DNA of 64,000 bases from a virus. The stretch covers positions 1 to 64,000 of the IMG/VR virus record IMGVR_UViG_3300022719_000039; one strand, written 5' to 3'. The notes under the pieces were generated by a model. It had not been told where the DNA came from. It was given only the letters and a program-made list of their open reading frames with translations, and made no database searches. Shown here one piece after another: positions 33,501 through 44,283 of the stretch. The position numbers were made by a program, and so were the translations under genes. Each line of letters begins with the position of its first letter. Within the stretch, counting starts at the first letter, position 1.

Positions 33501-36500
33501 TATACAGTATGTCTTCTAAATATTGATATAATATAGTTCAATGTCATTTCATTATCTTCACCATCAGCACTATCAAATTCCAATATAAATCTTGAGTATT
33601 TACCTTTCATCCTATCTTTGAACTGTTTTTCAAAGTCTACAACTTCTATATCACTTTCATCTATGACCGAATTAAAAGGTACATGAACTCTATACTCTGA
33701 ATTTCTATAAGCAGCTTTAACCTCATTTCTGTTTAAACCATTTAAAGAATCAGTTAATACAATATTAGCCTTTCCAGTATTTTGAGTATCATTACGAACT
33801 TGTATTCTGTCAAAAGTACGTTTTACAAACTTTCCACTTCCACCAACATCTCTAACTATGTTATTTATAAGTAATACATCAAATACTTTGTCAACATTCG
33901 GTACATTAGCAATAAATTCTAAAGTGAAAGGAAGTTTGGTATCATTAAAAAACTTACCTATTTCTCCTTCACCAAAACTCCAAAGAGCTTGGTTTTTATC
34001 CAGCAGTAATTTCTTTTTAAATTTAACCGCACGTCTAGGTATAAAGTTACTAAAAGACTCCCAAAAACCTAATTTCAGGGAATAACTTATTGTAAATCCT
34101 CCTGAAGTCCCCCTTGAAATAAATACTCTTTTATGTTTATGGTCATAGAAACTATGATAACCACTATCTTTGGATGGATTATCATTTAAATCTTCTGTTA
34201 AGTTATCAAAGAAAAAATTTGATATTCCCTTATCACTAATTTCTTCTAATTGTTGATTAAAAAGGAAAACTTTACCCCTTACGGAATCTAACAGTATATA
34301 ACCAAAAGGAGTTTCTGTATCTCCCCACTTATATTTAGTTCCTAAAAACCCTCCATCTATATCTACTATAGGCTTTGGCTGAATACTAAAAAAGTCTCCC
34401 TTACCTAATACTAGTTCTCCTGTGGTGGTTGCAGCTTGAGAAACAGGATTAGTAAAGGTCTTATATAATGACTTTTCTGTACGTATATAAAAGTCATTAG
34501 CCCAATTAAAAGTATTGATTATTTCACCTGTATTTCTAGGTAAGTCTTGAAAATTATTAGGTAAAAATATTCTATAAGCATCTAGATGTTCCCCTTCTAG
34601 TAAAGCTTCTGAATATATACTTCTGTTGCTAAAGTTACTTATCTGTTGAAATAGTAATGGTATAGGAAAGAATATTTGTACTTCATTTTGTCTATTATAC
34701 TGTTTATTATATCCTATAGAATGCCCTTTGTCAGGAAAGAAATTAAATAACCCTAAATCTCCATCTTCCCCATCTCTATTTAATATCTTTGAATATTTAG
34801 GAAAATATGGTATTGTTCCTTGATTTAAGGCCCCCGCTTCAATAGTTGGTGATTCAAAATGTTTATAATTGTAATTACCCTTTGTTTCAAACCACGTATA
34901 AACTATACTTCTTGATTTAGGAGGAAATATGAGTTGTGATTCTGTATGTATTCCCCCCCTGTCAGCCATAAGTATGGCTACCTTAGTTATAAAAGTATCC
35001 CCACCAAATACTTCTATTTCTGTATCTGGAAGGACTGAATCATCTACTATACTTTTCCTTTCTTGGTTTAAAAAATATTCAGCACATTTTATGTAAGAAG
35101 CAGAAGTTATACCTGAATAAGGATTAGCAACTTTATTTCTTAATGTATATATATTTAATGTAGGAGCTTCTGTATCTACTCTATATATCCAAGTTGAACC
35201 TTGATTAAAATAAAACTCAGGATTTAAATCAAAATCACCCTCATCACTTTCTGCTTCTAATAATAATGATCCATTAGACTCCGCTATTCTTAATTCTGGA
35301 TTACCGCTAAAAGGCAATGAAGTTTTTCTGTTATTAGAATTATCATTTCCTGAAACCGCATCGAAGTAAGGTGTAACTTTATGTTTATTTCCTGTTAAAA
35401 CTTTTTCTGTGCCTAATACTCCTGTACCACTATCAAAATTTAGTACATTAGCTACTGTAAAAGCTTCAGAATCTTGCAATCTTGAATCAAATAACCTTTT
35501 CGGAGTAACAGTAGCACTTTTTCTATAATGTGTAAGACTAGCTGGTTCTATAAGTCCATGTATTATATCCGGCATATAGGCAGATATTAACTTCCTTTTT
35601 ATACTATTATTGTCTAGTACAGTAGAATCTAATTGTAAAAACTGTCTACCAAAACTAGGAGCAGGGAATACAAAGTTGTCATTACCAACATTTGACTCTA
35701 TAACTGGTTTGAATATACCTTGAGCTATATTAAAACCATCACCTGAATTATTTCTCTTTTGTCTTACTACATACAAACCTTGTATTAAGTCCTTAGCTGA
35801 CTGTGGTATTACTACATTTTTTAGTTTTATTCCTAATACTTTTACTTTCTGATCATTACTAATTCTAACAACAAAAGGTTCAACATCATTACCGGGAGTA
35901 TGATGAAACCTTACATTTCCAGAAGGATAACCAAAACCGGAAGGATAAGCTTCAGAAGATACAAAAGTACCCATTACTCCACCAGAAGCAGGGGTATTTA
36001 CTGTATGGTTTCCGGGTATATGATAAGCTGCTCCTATTCTTCCTGTCTTAAATATAGGAACTATTGCAATATCATAAACCTCATCTCTCATATATCCTAC
36101 AAGTTCAAAAGTTTGTTTTTCCCCCTTATAATCCTCAAAGCTATTCGTACCTTGATTAGTTATCTCTACAGGTTCTGTCCTTTGCCAATTACTTGCTATA
36201 TTGGAAGATATACTAAATACTTCTCCATCTACTTTTGTAGTAAAGCCTTCATTTACAGTTACTTCTTTTATAAAATAATCTACAGTTATATTATTTGCTA
36301 TGCTTTGCCAGTCTGTATCATCTATAACAGCCTTTAAATTTGATAAAACTGCTCTTCCTTGTGTTTGATTTATAGATGTAGCCCTGTCATATTGATTACC
36401 TAAAGGAGATAAGTCTACCCTTTCTAACCCACCACTCTTTTGATCTGTATTGTTATATGTAAAGTCTAAAGTTTTATTACCATTACTTTCAGTTATAGCT

Positions 36501-37333
36501 GTTTCAGTAGGTATCCTTCCTACAACATCAGCAGTAAATACACTAGCCAAACCTTCATAATGTATAGCTATTATCTCTACTATTGGAAAAGAAGTATCAA
36601 CATTATCTATTTTTATATTTATAGACTTCCCTGAATCTGTCTCTGGTAAAGCCCCATCGAAGTTTTCTCTTCCTACATTAGAAGCCTCGTCTGTTACTGG
36701 TATAGTTTGAGATACTGGCCCTACTCCCGTTTTATTTCCTTCTCTACTTATATACCTTACAGCAAATTGATATATGCCCGTAGGCAATGATCCACCAACG
36801 TCTACATCTATTAATTTTACTATACCTAAGTTAAAATTAAAGAATAACCTTGTATCTTTGTCAAGATTACTTTCAGAAGGAATATTATCTAAGTTTATAG
36901 CTCTTGGAGGGAATGACTTGCTTACAAAATATATCATTCTTTCTCCTGTAAACAATGTTCTGGATATTATATCTATCTCATTGTTTATATCGAAGGAAAG
37001 TATGTTACTAGAATAATTAACCCCTGTAGAAGTTCCTGCACCAGTCCTTAATATACCAGTATATGTACCATTAGAGGAAACAGAACCTATTTCAGATATA
37101 GTATTAAGTAAATCAACTAACAGAACTATAAGCTCATCACCTAGTTCTGCTGCTCCTATAAGTCGTAAGTCAGAAGGTAGGTTTGTAAATAATTTTGTGC
37201 CTTTCTGTGTAACTAAATCCCCTGTATCTGTAATTCTCCATCCTTTTGCATTAAAGAAAGTTCCCTCTGGCTGACTATTAAAAGCATAGTCAGATACCAT
37301 ACCTTTACTAAAGCTATGAATTTGTTCAGGCAT
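33500..37333 (-). CDS. tail stabilization / muzzle protein (P22 gp10-like)
   Basis: 1277 aa, with F.KGM..D start, GYMRDEVY, FGGDTFI and RM.GKY C-terminus. Synteny matches the crAss-like tail module. Confidence 0.8.
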   Translation of the reverse strand: MPEQIHSFSKGMVSDYAFNSQPEGTFFNAKGWRITDTGDLVTQKGTKLFTNLPSDLRLIGAAELGDELIVLLVDLLNTISEIGSVSSNGTYTGILRTGAGTSTGVNYSSNILSFDINNEIDIISRTLFTGERMIYFVSKSFPPRAINLDNIPSESNLDKDTRLFFNFNLGIVKLIDVDVGGSLPTGIYQFAVRYISREGNKTGVGPVSQTIPVTDEASNVGRENFDGALPETDSGKSINIKIDNVDTSFPIVEIIAIHYEGLASVFTADVVGRIPTETAITESNGNKTLDFTYNNTDQKSGGLERVDLSPLGNQYDRATSINQTQGRAVLSNLKAVIDDTDWQSIANNITVDYFIKEVTVNEGFTTKVDGEVFSISSNIASNWQRTEPVEITNQGTNSFEDYKGEKQTFELVGYMRDEVYDIAIVPIFKTGRIGAAYHIPGNHTVNTPASGGVMGTFVSSEAYPSGFGYPSGNVRFHHTPGNDVEPFVVRISNDQKVKVLGIKLKNVVIPQSAKDLIQGLYVVRQKRNNSGDGFNIAQGIFKPVIESNVGNDNFVFPAPSFGRQFLQLDSTVLDNNSIKRKLISAYMPDIIHGLIEPASLTHYRKSATVTPKRLFDSRLQDSEAFTVANVLNFDSGTGVLGTEKVLTGNKHKVTPYFDAVSGNDNSNNRKTSLPFSGNPELRIAESNGSLLLEAESDEGDFDLNPEFYFNQGSTWIYRVDTEAPTLNIYTLRNKVANPYSGITSASYIKCAEYFLNQERKSIVDDSVLPDTEIEVFGGDTFITKVAILMADRGGIHTESQLIFPPKSRSIVYTWFETKGNYNYKHFESPTIEAGALNQGTIPYFPKYSKILNRDGEDGDLGLFNFFPDKGHSIGYNKQYNRQNEVQIFFPIPLLFQQISNFSNRSIYSEALLEGEHLDAYRIFLPNNFQDLPRNTGEIINTFNWANDFYIRTEKSLYKTFTNPVSQAATTTGELVLGKGDFFSIQPKPIVDIDGGFLGTKYKWGDTETPFGYILLDSVRGKVFLFNQQLEEISDKGISNFFFDNLTEDLNDNPSKDSGYHSFYDHKHKRVFISRGTSGGFTISYSLKLGFWESFSNFIPRRAVKFKKKLLLDKNQALWSFGEGEIGKFFNDTKLPFTLEFIANVPNVDKVFDVLLINNIVRDVGGSGKFVKRTFDRIQVRNDTQNTGKANIVLTDSLNGLNRNEVKAAYRNSEYRVHVPFNSVIDESDIEVVDFEKQFKDRMKGKYSRFILEFDSADGEDNEMTLNYIISIFRRHTV

Positions 37334-37345
37334 TACCTTTCTTCA

Positions 37346-38053
37346 TTAATTTCCCTCTAAGTCTAACCTTTGAGCTTTACCTAAATTTACAAAATTTGTA
37401 TCATACAATGTTGCATTAGGAATCAATCTGAACATAATATTCTTTAACCTTTCATAACCTATTGCATCTGGTTTGTTAGCATCCCCTCTAGCCTCCATAC
37501 AGTATTCATGCCATTTTTGTTCTACATATTGTATATCATTAAGAGCAGGCTGCTTAAATTTGAACCCTCTTAATGTTAAATGCATTGTTATCTTCCAAAT
37601 TAAAGCATCTAAGTAAGACCTATTATCTGGTATTAATGGTATACCATCCTCATCTGCTGGAAATGCAAGATAATCTATGTTTATGCTACCATCTTTTACA
37701 TTAGATATAATACAATCTTTCTTTATATTAATATCTTTACTGCTAATACTTCTTTCCTTAACTAAGGTTTCTCTTTTACCATCTATTGTATTTAATGCTG
37801 GATTTATACATAATTCAGCAGCGTTTATAATTCTTACTAGTCTGTAAAAATCTCCCGGTAAGTCTCCTTTATAATTTTTAAATTTTATAGTAGCTGGTTT
37901 TTCTTCAAATTGAGCATGAGCACCTATAGCTTTAAGCCCGTCTACCAACCAGTCAATCATTGTATGATAAGGAATATTAATATCATCTTCTAAAGCCCTA
38001 TCTGATATAGCTCTGGCAATTACTTCTTTGTATGAGATATATCCTGTTATCAT
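37346..38053 (-). CDS. tail tubular / ring protein (P22 gp4-like)
   Basis: 235 aa, with LP.DFY and YLAFP.DEDGIPLIPD..SY..AL.W. Upstream of the muzzle gene. Confidence 0.75.
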   Translation of the reverse strand: MITGYISYKEVIARAISDRALEDDINIPYHTMIDWLVDGLKAIGAHAQFEEKPATIKFKNYKGDLPGDFYRLVRIINAAELCINPALNTIDGKRETLVKERSISSKDINIKKDCIISNVKDGSINIDYLAFPADEDGIPLIPDNRSYLDALIWKITMHLTLRGFKFKQPALNDIQYVEQKWHEYCMEARGDANKPDAIGYERLKNIMFRLIPNATLYDTNFVNLGKAQRLDLEGN

Positions 38054-38490
38054 GCTTCAAATCTTTTATGCCCTCCGGGAGTTTTCATTATAACAGCTAA
38101 TTTTCTCTTATTAGCATAAGAAGGAACAAATCTGAATAAAGATTTACCCCTAATCATGCACCTTTTATTATTCCAATGAAACTTGGCTATAAAACCATCA
38201 CTATGCTCGTTAATATGTTTAGCTTTAATTCCTTCTTTTCTGTAAGTACCATAATCATTTGGAAGATTACCTAAATCTCCTTTGTTCTTCTTTATAGAAA
38301 ATTCAGACAATCCAAAAGGTAATTCTACAACCTTTCCATCAAACATATACTTTATTAACTTTTTATTAAAATTATAAAGTATAGTACTAAAAGTTTTAAA
38401 GTTACAAAACTCTTCTCCTTTAGACTTTTTTTCTTTTTTGTAGTCTAAATATATAGTTCTAATAGAATATATTCTGTCAGTTCTCGGCAT
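38050..38490 (-). CDS. IHF/HU-like DNA-binding protein of the crAss-like tail module
   Basis: Basic 146 aa with G..VELPFGL..F.I.K, HINEHSDG and FRF.P. Confidence 0.7.
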   Translation of the reverse strand: MPRTDRIYSIRTIYLDYKKEKKSKGEEFCNFKTFSTILYNFNKKLIKYMFDGKVVELPFGLSEFSIKKNKGDLGNLPNDYGTYRKEGIKAKHINEHSDGFIAKFHWNNKRCMIRGKSLFRFVPSYANKRKLAVIMKTPGGHKRFEA

Positions 38491-39166
38491 TTACTTTAAC
38501 ATCTCTGCTATCATTTTTATCATCTTTAGGTAATGTAAACTTAGTTTGTATTTCAGAAGATAAAAGCATTTTAAATATTGTATCTAACATATCTGAATGT
38601 ATAGGATATTCTACATTATATTCTACATCATCTACATCTATCCCATTAAACTCCATGACTTCTACAGGATTCTCAAAAATACCTAGTATACCTATAGCAG
38701 AACTACTTACGCTTTTAGGTGTTTTTATGTAGATATAACCATCAAGCTCATACCATTTACCAAATTGTCCACCAAAATGTATATACTTGGAATAGTTTGC
38801 ACTTAATCTAGTCTCTCTTTGATACTCTATTCTACCATCTACAGAACCTACATAACCTATAGCTAAACCTACCGTTAATGATATTGGTTTAGGTATCTTG
38901 GTTTCAGTTCTTCTGGCAAAACCAGACAACTGTATATCATTTTTACTATTAAGCTTTTCGGTATTAACTTTGCCGTCCTTACCTAAGACTTGGGAAAGTC
39001 CTTCAATATTTGTACTAATTCTATCATACTTTTGCCTTATTAGCTTTGCTCTATAATAATTTAACATATAAAGGATATGATCTTCTGTAGGTTTTTGATC
39101 ATCGGAGGCTATGCCACCTCCTATCATATCTTTTATATTATATATTATTTCTCCTAGTATTGCCAT
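38477..39166 (-). CDS. ring/neck virion protein (start revised to MAILGEIIY)
   Basis: EIIY.I...YRA.LI.Q and GIFENP..V...YPI motifs. The ORF-track start at 39193 lies inside a terminator hairpin. Confidence 0.65.
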   Translation of the reverse strand: MAILGEIIYNIKDMIGGGIASDDQKPTEDHILYMLNYYRAKLIRQKYDRISTNIEGLSQVLGKDGKVNTEKLNSKNDIQLSGFARRTETKIPKPISLTVGLAIGYVGSVDGRIEYQRETRLSANYSKYIHFGGQFGKWYELDGYIYIKTPKSVSSSAIGILGIFENPVEVMEFNGIDVDDVEYNVEYPIHSDMLDTIFKMLLSSEIQTKFTLPKDDKNDSRDVKVNAEN

Positions 39167-39170
39167 AAGT

Positions 39171-39204
39171 AAAAATAGGTTAGGAGGTATCACCCTCCTA
39201 ACCT
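39171..39204 (-). terminator. intrinsic terminator after the auxiliary capsid gene
   Basis: Perfect 11-bp stem AGGTTAGGAGG/CCTCCTAACCT with a 6-nt loop, followed by ATTTTT on the minus strand. Confidence 0.8.
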
Positions 39205-39236
39205 TTAGTAGAAAAACAAACCGAAAAAATGAACTA

Positions 39237-40457
39237 TTATACGTTAGGAAGCCCTGCTCCAGCCATCCATGAATCTAATATACCTTCTACTGCATCTGCT
39301 TTAGTAGTAGCAACACTAATATCAAAAGCAAGAACTAAAGCATTAGTTGTTTTAACAACATTACCTTCCGGTAATCCTTCTTCGTGTTCCAAGTCATACT
39401 CTATAACATATTGTGTATATGTACCAGTACTAACTGCACGTGGCGTAAATTCATCAGAAGGAAACTGTCTTGGATTAGTAAAGCCATCAAATGAAGCAGC
39501 TACTTTCTCCATATCCCTTACTTGTTCCCAAAAACCACGACCAATGTTAACAGGAGTTGTATAAGTAACCGTTTCTTCTTCTCCGGGAACTCCGTTTACA
39601 GGAGCAAGTGCAGCATCAAATGATACTTTTTGGTAAAAGTCAACACTACGAGTAGTTACTTTTTGTCCTTTTAATTTTATACCATAGTTTCCAGCAGCTA
39701 TTGTACCAGCTAAATCTACAGTAGCAGATACATCTATAGTTTCAGTAGCACCACTATAAGGCCTGTCTAACTCAAAAGTATTAGCATCAACTACCTTTGC
39801 TACCTTGTATACCACGCTTCTAAATACAACTAAGGTTCCTACTGTTAAGCTATGAGCTGTGGCAGCTACAGTTACACTATCTTTAGTAAGTGTCGGATCC
39901 ATTGTAAGCTCGGTTATCGCTCCATCCCCGGTTACCTCAGCTATGACTTTACCTCTAAAAGCTCTATTATTATCTTTATTAACTTTCTTAGCTAAATCAC
40001 TAGCTCTACTATACTGATCAGTAGCTCCTAAAGTATTACTGTAATAATCTCTACCTGTTTGTCTATGAGGAGTTACTCTATCCTCATCATTGAAAACTAT
40101 TCGTAACCTATACTCTTTAGAAGTATCCATTGCTAATGCATTAGCAGTTCCGTTATAACCTATATCGGTTACCTGTTCTACAGGAGCAGAATAAACCTCC
40201 TTCCGCCAACTTTTAACAAGATTAGCATTTATAATATTACTTAGTTTTGCCTTACCTGCACCTACACCCAAAGCCAAGTAAATTGCATCGTTTTCAGCAC
40301 CACTTGTAGGAGTTGGAGTACCAGTTAAGTTAGACAAAGCTCTGTTTAATACCAATAAATCTCCATCAATAATTGTGGTGATAGAAGTACCGGTATTGCC
40401 TCCACTGGTATTAGTTACTAATACTTGTGTAGGTCTTTTAGAAATTGACATTGACAT
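39237..40457 (-). CDS. auxiliary capsid / decoration protein
   Basis: 406 aa, T/G/A-rich, with Y.AP.EQV..IGYNG. Followed by its own terminator. Assigned by crAss-like synteny. Confidence 0.6.
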   Translation of the reverse strand: MSMSISKRPTQVLVTNTSGGNTGTSITTIIDGDLLVLNRALSNLTGTPTPTSGAENDAIYLALGVGAGKAKLSNIINANLVKSWRKEVYSAPVEQVTDIGYNGTANALAMDTSKEYRLRIVFNDEDRVTPHRQTGRDYYSNTLGATDQYSRASDLAKKVNKDNNRAFRGKVIAEVTGDGAITELTMDPTLTKDSVTVAATAHSLTVGTLVVFRSVVYKVAKVVDANTFELDRPYSGATETIDVSATVDLAGTIAAGNYGIKLKGQKVTTRSVDFYQKVSFDAALAPVNGVPGEEETVTYTTPVNIGRGFWEQVRDMEKVAASFDGFTNPRQFPSDEFTPRAVSTGTYTQYVIEYDLEHEEGLPEGNVVKTTNALVLAFDISVATTKADAVEGILDSWMAGAGLPNV

Positions 40458-40485
40458 AGCACTATCGCTTTTTAGTTAATATAAA

Positions 40486-40926
40486 TTAATGAACTGAAAA
40501 TCTTATTTGAACAGCAGCATCTAAAGCATCAGTAGCATGATCATTTACTATTGTTATAACAGCCTGTCCAGCAGTTACTGCTGCCTTCATAACTCTAGGC
40601 TGTCCAGCATCTTCATAAACACCTAATGTAGCATGTACTATAGAATCTGCTTTAATCCTGCTATTTGTTAAGGTAATATCGGTTGTAGCACCAGCACCAG
40701 TTGCTAATGCAGCAGTAGTTATAGTACCAGACATACTATTTATAGTTGGTGTAGAACTTGTAGCACTTCCTTTTTCAAGAACGGTATCACCATCTGTTGC
40801 TACTTTTTGATCTATTACAGCTTCCTGCTTTGTTATAATATCATTAGTTTTTTTCCATAATTCCCCTATGAATGTAAAGGTTTTATTAAGCTGTGTAAAC
40901 TTGCTAATATCTTTTGTAATTGCCAT
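40486..40926 (-). CDS. small virion protein (head fibre / decoration-like)
   Basis: 146 aa, A/T-rich, with TINS.SG.ITT.AL...TLTNS.I.ADS.V. Confidence 0.55.
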   Translation of the reverse strand: MAITKDISKFTQLNKTFTFIGELWKKTNDIITKQEAVIDQKVATDGDTVLEKGSATSSTPTINSMSGTITTAALATGAGATTDITLTNSRIKADSIVHATLGVYEDAGQPRVMKAAVTAGQAVITIVNDHATDALDAAVQIRFSVH

Positions 40927-40937
40927 AATAATATTAT

Positions 40938-41639
40938 TTATTCAATCCTTTGTAAATTTTGTTTATTAGTATTAATTCTATTAGATTCTATTGATTCCAG
41001 ATAAGCATCAACTGCAAGTTGTACTATCTTATTATGAGCATTCTCATTTACCTCACTGTTAACTTTCGGAGTTGACTGCGAATTTATTTTGTTTGGTCTT
41101 TTAACATAAGTAAGTAGAAATTTAGTAATAGAAAATCCTGATACTGTCAATATAATGATTTTTCCTTCTTCATAGAAAATTCTAGGCTTTCTTTTTTTAG
41201 GTTTGTAAAAAGGATTTACTAAAGCAGCATCATCTACCTGATCTTGAGTTAAAACAGTAACTTTTCTATATACTTCAGTATTGGTACTATTCTCTTTGAC
41301 TTTAGCTCTACCTCTGACATAATACTTATATGGACTATCAGCAAGAGTACCTGAACTTGGATATAAATCTAAGGAATACGCATCACTTAAAAAAGAATAA
41401 CTAGTTACACCAAGTTCTCTGGTGAAGACTATTTCTGATAAGTCATCTACTCTTAGTTGACTTTCTTCAAAACCATCTAAAAAGAAAGCATCCCTTCCTC
41501 CATAACTTAATGTAACAAACTGATCTTGTGCAATGTTTAAAAATTCATCTATTACTTCTGGAAGGATATCAGGTGTAATACCTGCATCCCCTCTATCAGT
41601 TAGAACTTTAAATCTTATATGCATCTCATCAACTGTCAC
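40938..41639 (-). CDS. ring / head-closure virion protein
   Basis: M...EMH..F....D, P..ID.FLN.AQ, GFEESQ.R.DDL, NPF.KP, Y.K.P and H..IV..AV. Confidence 0.7.
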   Translation of the reverse strand: MTVDEMHIRFKVLTDRGDAGITPDILPEVIDEFLNIAQDQFVTLSYGGRDAFFLDGFEESQLRVDDLSEIVFTRELGVTSYSFLSDAYSLDLYPSSGTLADSPYKYYVRGRAKVKENSTNTEVYRKVTVLTQDQVDDAALVNPFYKPKKRKPRIFYEEGKIIILTVSGFSITKFLLTYVKRPNKINSQSTPKVNSEVNENAHNKIVQLAVDAYLESIESNRINTNKQNLQRIE

Positions 41640-42712
41640 TTCTTCTTATACTTAGAAGTTTCTACATCTGAATTTTCAGGAGTTTTTTCTGCATCTTCTA
41701 CGTCTTTTACTTTTTCTACTTCTTTCACTTCATCTTTAACCTGTTTCAGTGTACTTTCTTCCTTAGTTTTAGTATCTGCTTCTTTTGTTTCCTTTTTATC
41801 GTTTCCTCCGATTATGCTATCAAGGCTTTGAAAGTCCCTTCCTTGTCCAGCAGGAGAATTTATACCTAACAACTCATTAAGTTTAGCCATTAGGCTTATC
41901 TTAATTTGTTGGTATTTTTTATTATTGAGGTTTCTTATAGCAGACTCTTTATCATGCCCAAGCATGGCATTTGAATCTACAATAATTATCTGTCCTGCTG
42001 TTTCCCTTAGTAACTTTTTATACAATAATTTATTGAGGAATACATAATCCTTAAAATTAGGATTATCAATAAAGTCAATAAACTTTCTAGGATTAGCATC
42101 AACATCTGCTCCAACCTTATCTTCTATTATATCAGGACTAACATCATCTACATTATGCCCTGTACCAGTTAGATAATCAATTTTATCGTTTAAAGTCATA
42201 TCATTATATATAGAATATGCCTTAGCTCTATCTTGTCTTATGTTATTAGAAACTTTTGCAATAGCTTCCTCATTCTCCATATAAAACAAAGGTCTGGACT
42301 TTTTATCAAAAGGCCCATTTTGTACATGACGACTGTCTTTAAGTACTATAAACCTTAACAGTCCTTCAGGTAAGCTAGTATCTATTGTTTCTCCTTCATC
42401 ACCTACCTCTATATTATATTCTCTCCAAAAATTAGATTTAGGACTTAAAATTCCCTTTTCCAACCCAATAGCCTTTTCAAAAAACCTTTGTAGTTCTTCA
42501 TCATTTTTTAGTTCTCCTATTCTATATCTACCAAAGTTATCATATAAACCGGGAGCAAAAGTAAGTGTAGTATTTTGATATCTCTTTACTTTAGACCAAG
42601 GGTCACGAACTTTGACTGATAATTTATATATCTTATTATAAGGCAGTTTATACTTACTGCATACAGCCTCAAGACTATCTAATTTTGTTTCTTGTACTAA
42701 TTGTTCTTCCAT
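41636..42712 (-). CDS. conserved crAss-like protein downstream of the major capsid gene
   Basis: 358 aa with L.P.S.FW..Y and LD.S.P.G.L-like motifs and a charged tail. Assigned by synteny. Confidence 0.6.
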   Translation of the reverse strand: MEEQLVQETKLDSLEAVCSKYKLPYNKIYKLSVKVRDPWSKVKRYQNTTLTFAPGLYDNFGRYRIGELKNDEELQRFFEKAIGLEKGILSPKSNFWREYNIEVGDEGETIDTSLPEGLLRFIVLKDSRHVQNGPFDKKSRPLFYMENEEAIAKVSNNIRQDRAKAYSIYNDMTLNDKIDYLTGTGHNVDDVSPDIIEDKVGADVDANPRKFIDFIDNPNFKDYVFLNKLLYKKLLRETAGQIIIVDSNAMLGHDKESAIRNLNNKKYQQIKISLMAKLNELLGINSPAGQGRDFQSLDSIIGGNDKKETKEADTKTKEESTLKQVKDEVKEVEKVKDVEDAEKTPENSDVETSKYKKK

Positions 42713-42725
42713 TTTTACTTAAAGT

Positions 42726-42781
42726 TAAAAAAGCTTATAGTATACTATGTTACCTTATAAAACAAAAGTAAACTATAAGCT
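42726..42781 (-). terminator. terminator-like hairpin after the major capsid gene
   Basis: AGCTTATAGT (42732-42741) pairs with ACTATAAGCT (42772-42781), with a long loop and a T6 run on the minus strand. Confidence 0.55.
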
Positions 42782-42786
42782 CTTTA

Positions 42787-44250
42787 TTATTTTTCAAAAA
42801 TTAATTCACCATTTGAAGTAGGGTCTTCTACCTGAATACCAACTTCTGCAAGAAGTTCCACTCTATATCCATCAATACCAGAAGCTCTCATAGTATTCAT
42901 ATCTTTTGCTATACCACCCATAGGATCAGTAGAACCAGCTACATGCCACATTGCATTTTCGCTATCTGCTAGTGCTACTTTCCTTATATTAGACTTACCA
43001 TTCTTTCTACCAAAGTTAAGAATAGTAAACCTATAAGATTCTACAGGCTTTTTAGTAACAGGGTGTAAATCTCTATTATGAACAAAATCATCATAAGGAG
43101 GAAATTCTTTAACTGTTAACTCTATACCATTTAGGAACTTTACAGTTTTAAAGGCTCCCTGAAACGTTAACTCTTGTCCTTTACCACTTATAAAGGTTCC
43201 ATTATCGGTAACTGTAATACCTCTGGCATTTTGTTCTTCTCTTATCGCTCTATCAAATTCCCTCATACCCATCTTACCTGTTAAAGCTACAAACTTGTGA
43301 TCTCCACCCCATGCATTAGCAGAATAAGATAGTTTTAACAAAAAGTCATCCAATAATTGATAAGTAAGATTTGTATAGAACTGCACATTTGCAGGACTTA
43401 TTTGTTGCCTGAAACCAGCTCCATGATATACAGGAAACCCTGATTGTCCTCTAATAGCAATATCTGTTTCAGCTACAGGCTTGCTATTAAAAGTTGTATA
43501 AACAAGCGATCTATCAATTTCCCGCATCCATTGTGATAAAGCAGTCCATTCAGCCGTCTTTGTCCATAACTTTGTGGATTTTTTAGGATCATTAGGATCA
43601 CGCATTTCAATCACCATTACTTCCTTAGCAGCATTTCTTGATACTGAATAATGCTTCCTAAGTGTGGTAAGTTGATTGATTAATGACATCGGAGTTGAAT
43701 AATGAGTTCCTCCACCTTTAGAACTATATTCCTCAACGGTTGAATACATTTTACTGAACTTAGCACCCTTTTTAATTAATACAGGGTCTAAAAACTCTTG
43801 CGTTACATCAGTAAGAACTACAGTATAAACCCACATATTACCATCCTGATACTCATTAACTACACGAACAAATGAACCATCATCAGCACGTAAATTATCC
43901 GAGGCTTCAAATATGTTATCTTCCAGAAATATCCTGAAAGGTGTTTGAGAAATACCGGGAGTACTACCACCATCAGGACTATCCTGTGCTATACTAATAG
44001 CTCTTTCTGTTTGCCCATGAACATCCCACTTATACTGCCTATTAGTAATAAACCTTGTATTCCCTATTCCACCTGTAAGTAGATTTAAAACATTACTTCC
44101 AGTCATACCAAAAGCATAAGCTAAAACACCATCCATTTTTACAGGTTCGGTAAGATAAGCATTAGCTAATTGATTGGTAGTAGTTAAACCACTAAAGTCT
44201 CTGGTTGTGTAAAGTTGTAAAGGACTAATATCCTCTTTAAAAGTCGCCAT
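42787..44250 (-). CDS. major capsid protein (crAss-like, HK97 fold)
   Basis: 487 aa, with SGLT..N.L, VEEYS.KG, N.LTT.RK, G.G...QI, TG..GM.EF, F.G.F....LNGIELT, HP.T.KP.ESYR.TI and DGY. Follows the portal and scaffold genes. Confidence 0.88.
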   Translation of the reverse strand: MATFKEDISPLQLYTTRDFSGLTTTNQLANAYLTEPVKMDGVLAYAFGMTGSNVLNLLTGGIGNTRFITNRQYKWDVHGQTERAISIAQDSPDGGSTPGISQTPFRIFLEDNIFEASDNLRADDGSFVRVVNEYQDGNMWVYTVVLTDVTQEFLDPVLIKKGAKFSKMYSTVEEYSSKGGGTHYSTPMSLINQLTTLRKHYSVSRNAAKEVMVIEMRDPNDPKKSTKLWTKTAEWTALSQWMREIDRSLVYTTFNSKPVAETDIAIRGQSGFPVYHGAGFRQQISPANVQFYTNLTYQLLDDFLLKLSYSANAWGGDHKFVALTGKMGMREFDRAIREEQNARGITVTDNGTFISGKGQELTFQGAFKTVKFLNGIELTVKEFPPYDDFVHNRDLHPVTKKPVESYRFTILNFGRKNGKSNIRKVALADSENAMWHVAGSTDPMGGIAKDMNTMRASGIDGYRVELLAEVGIQVEDPTSNGELIFEK

Positions 44251-44283
44251 TTTTTGTATTTATTTAAATTTAAACATAGTTAG

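Noticed and set aside
39167-39193. ORF-track N-terminus MIPPNLFLL of the ring protein
   Set aside because: It overlaps a perfect terminator hairpin. ATG at 39166 is the more plausible start.
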